A stretch of DNA of 59,842 bases, counting the filler, from Sphacelaria rigidula (lineage: Eukaryota), in assembly GCA_964200075.2 (NCBI GenBank). It is 4 parts of 4 records of this genome, joined end to end, with 100 filler letters (N's around TTAATTAATTAA, not from the genome) between each part and the next. Parts side by side here need not be neighbours in the genome. Positions count along the whole stretch, not along the records: positions 44,962 to 59,842 come from CAXNAA020002007.1; 3 more parts are not named here. One strand, written 5' to 3'. Shown here piece by piece: positions 57,479 through 59,842 of this stretch. How positions within the stretch are numbered: the first letter of the stretch is position 1; each line of letters starts with the position of its first letter. The notes under the pieces were generated by a model, which was given only the letters and a program-made list of their open reading frames with translations, was not told the DNA's origin and did no database searches. The translations under genes were made by a program, and so were the position numbers.

Positions 57479-58993
57479 CACACCCTGGACAATACAATAT
57501 GTAACATATATTGCCCATTCAGTATGTCGACGCGTTGGGTGGTCAATATATATTGGGCGAGAAATATGATGGCACGAGAGAGGGTTAATATATTGTACCA
57601 TCAATATGTCAAGTCTCGCGACATGCAATATATAACGAGCGAACAATATATCACGACACGCGCCACCTCAATATATATATATATATTGGCCGAGTAATAT
57701 GTTGGTGCGGTAAAGCACCAATATATATATATATATATATATCGAGTAGTATATTGGCTGCCACACGAAGTCAATATATCTTGACGATTCAATATACTCA
57801 ACACCCGAAGCGCCAATATATATTGCCGCCCCAATATCTCGTGCGTCAACGCGTCCAATATATATTGCGCGGACAATACACGAGGGAACGGACCGTCACA
57901 ATACATACTGGTGGAGCAATATATATATATATATATGTATTCGTATATATATATATATTGATTTTCAACACGTAGATTGGAAAGTGTATTGGAATTAGTA
58001 TGGTGGGGAGTTTTACGTTCGCGGGCGCCATTGAAAGACGTATCACCACATGCAAAAAACGCTCAGTGTATTCCTCCGCGAGTGTGTCAATATATATTGG
58101 CTGCACAGTAGCTGGCGATGATCGTGCGCAATATATTTTGAAAAAACAATATTTGTGCATGTTTGCGTTCAACATATATTATGGTAACAGTATGTTACGC
58201 ATCGCTTCGACTCAATATATATTGACTCTTCAATACATACACAGCAGGCATGCGCAATATATATTGAATGTTTTGTTCCCGGAGCAAATGCATGCCCAAT
58301 ATATATTGTCATGCATTACTTCACGATCATGACACAAGAAATATATGTTGTTGCTTGAATGTTTCCGAGGACATCTCAACACAAAAAATATGGAAAGGAC
58401 AATATTAACGCCGCCTCCAACACAAAGTATTGGTATCATGTTGGAACATATTGTATTGTCCAGGGTATTATAAGGAACACAGCCCCGGTGACCACAGGGG
58501 TACCAAAAGGCGCATATCGACCCGCGTCTTAAGTCGTCATGATGTTTAGCTACGATATATAACATACTGTGAAGGGGACGGGCGGCCCCGCACCGGTGGC
58601 CAGATAGGTATCAGATGGCATGTATACCGGGTCGCCTCTTCTGTCACCATATTTTCTGGCCGATGTATATATATATATATATGTATATATCAAACACATT
58701 CGACAACTCTCGGGAGCAATGCACGCAAACTTCTGCGGCTCCCTGTGAAGCTTTTCTCAATCTGCACGGGCTCTGGCATCCATCGCGTCTGGATCTTTCT
58801 CAAAGCGTAGACCATACTTATATATATTGGGCGGGCAATATGTATGCAGTCCTACGACATCATCATATATATTGGGTGCGCGATACGTGTGCAGTCCAAG
58901 GGTACCGAAATATATTTCGCCGGCAATATATCGCAAAATTCCAATATGATCGACTAATTTGTATTGAAAACATACTGTATTGTCCAGGGCGTG
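57479..58993. mobile_element. Non-autonomous CAC..GTG element packed with CAATATATATTG palindromic words
   Basis: Termini cacaccctggacaatac / gtattgtccagggcgtg; an internal end-like copy at ~58450-58467; many caatatatattg variants and (TA)n expansions. Confidence 0.75.
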
Positions 58994-59842
58994 CAGGATT
59001 GCGGTACAACAGATCGGGTGAGGGCAGGCTTTCGGGCGCCTTAAGGGTATCAGTCCTGGGTAGGGGTGATGGCCGCGCGGGTCCTCTTTGGACCTCTTTT
59101 GGTGTTTTGATAAGGGGCCAGGATTGTGGCGGGAATAGTCGAGCTGATGTCAGCTGCCACCTCGTTCCCGATCGATACCCTGCTCATAACTGCAGAGTGT
59201 CGGACGATGGTTGATTGGTGTGGATCCGGTACGATGCCGTGCTACGTGGCGGCAAGTGATGGCGTGGCGTAGCCTGAGTCCCCCTGAAGAGTTTACGTTG
59301 CAATCTGTATGGATTGATGGCGTCACCCATTCGTCCGAAGCAGGAGTGCTATCAGAGGTGTTGCGATAAGAGGAAAGGGAGATAGATCTAACGCCTACAA
59401 GACGTACATCTACGCAAACGACGCGAATTCCAGACAGGTTCCGCAAGTCTCCACCGATACGCGTATAACAGAAGCTGTGGTTAGCAGCCAGTCAAGACGC
59501 GGTGTGGAGAGGCAGGTAGTGAATGCATTTCAGGTGGTCATGGGGTCGAAATACATGCTATTGGGAGATATGAAAACGTACAACTGATTTAATACTGGAA
59601 AAAACGGTAGTAAAAGGGTCATGCTGAATACATGGATGAGCACGTTCCTCGTCCGCTACGCAGTCGTTTGGGCTGTGCGATGGCTTGAGCGATGGCTAGG
59701 GGCCGGGCAAGCGTGTCAAAGGTGCTTGTGTGTAGATACGAGGCTCATGGGACTAATGCAAAGAGGATTTAACAGCCGATTTTCGAAAATGGGGTTGAAA
59801 AAAAAATGAGGTTCAACTCAAAAGCCGTGCTTTCCCTGACCT

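Overview
Eukaryotic, intron-rich, transposon-dense DNA, probably from a brown alga or other stramenopile (inferred from gene structure and repeat types, not proven). The window is not one locus. It is four ~14.9-kb contigs (14889, 14887, 14885 and 14881 bp) joined by identical 100-nt N44-TTAATTAATTAA-N44 linkers, so nothing can be inferred across the gaps. Contig 1 holds a serine/arginine protein kinase (SRPK) gene on the + strand with at least 15 exons and an unusually long (~725 aa) kinase spacer insert. Contig 2 is a nest of related Gypsy-type LTR elements with TGTAGA..TACA termini and one clear 4-bp TSD. It includes gag-protease copies, non-autonomous copies that replace pol with tandem repeats and a conserved unknown ORF, and a TRIM-like unit. 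Where a tRNA primer-binding site should be, these elements carry a 12-14-nt palindrome with a compensatory change, which is the most novel-looking signal here. Contig 3 has a decayed APE-RT LINE containing a telomere-repeat MITE, a tRNA-derived SINE split by a CAC-ended element, a chromodomain fragment, a Copia LTR with a half-tRNAiMet PBS, and further MITEs. Contig 4 is mostly decayed repeats and unassignable coding-like relics.
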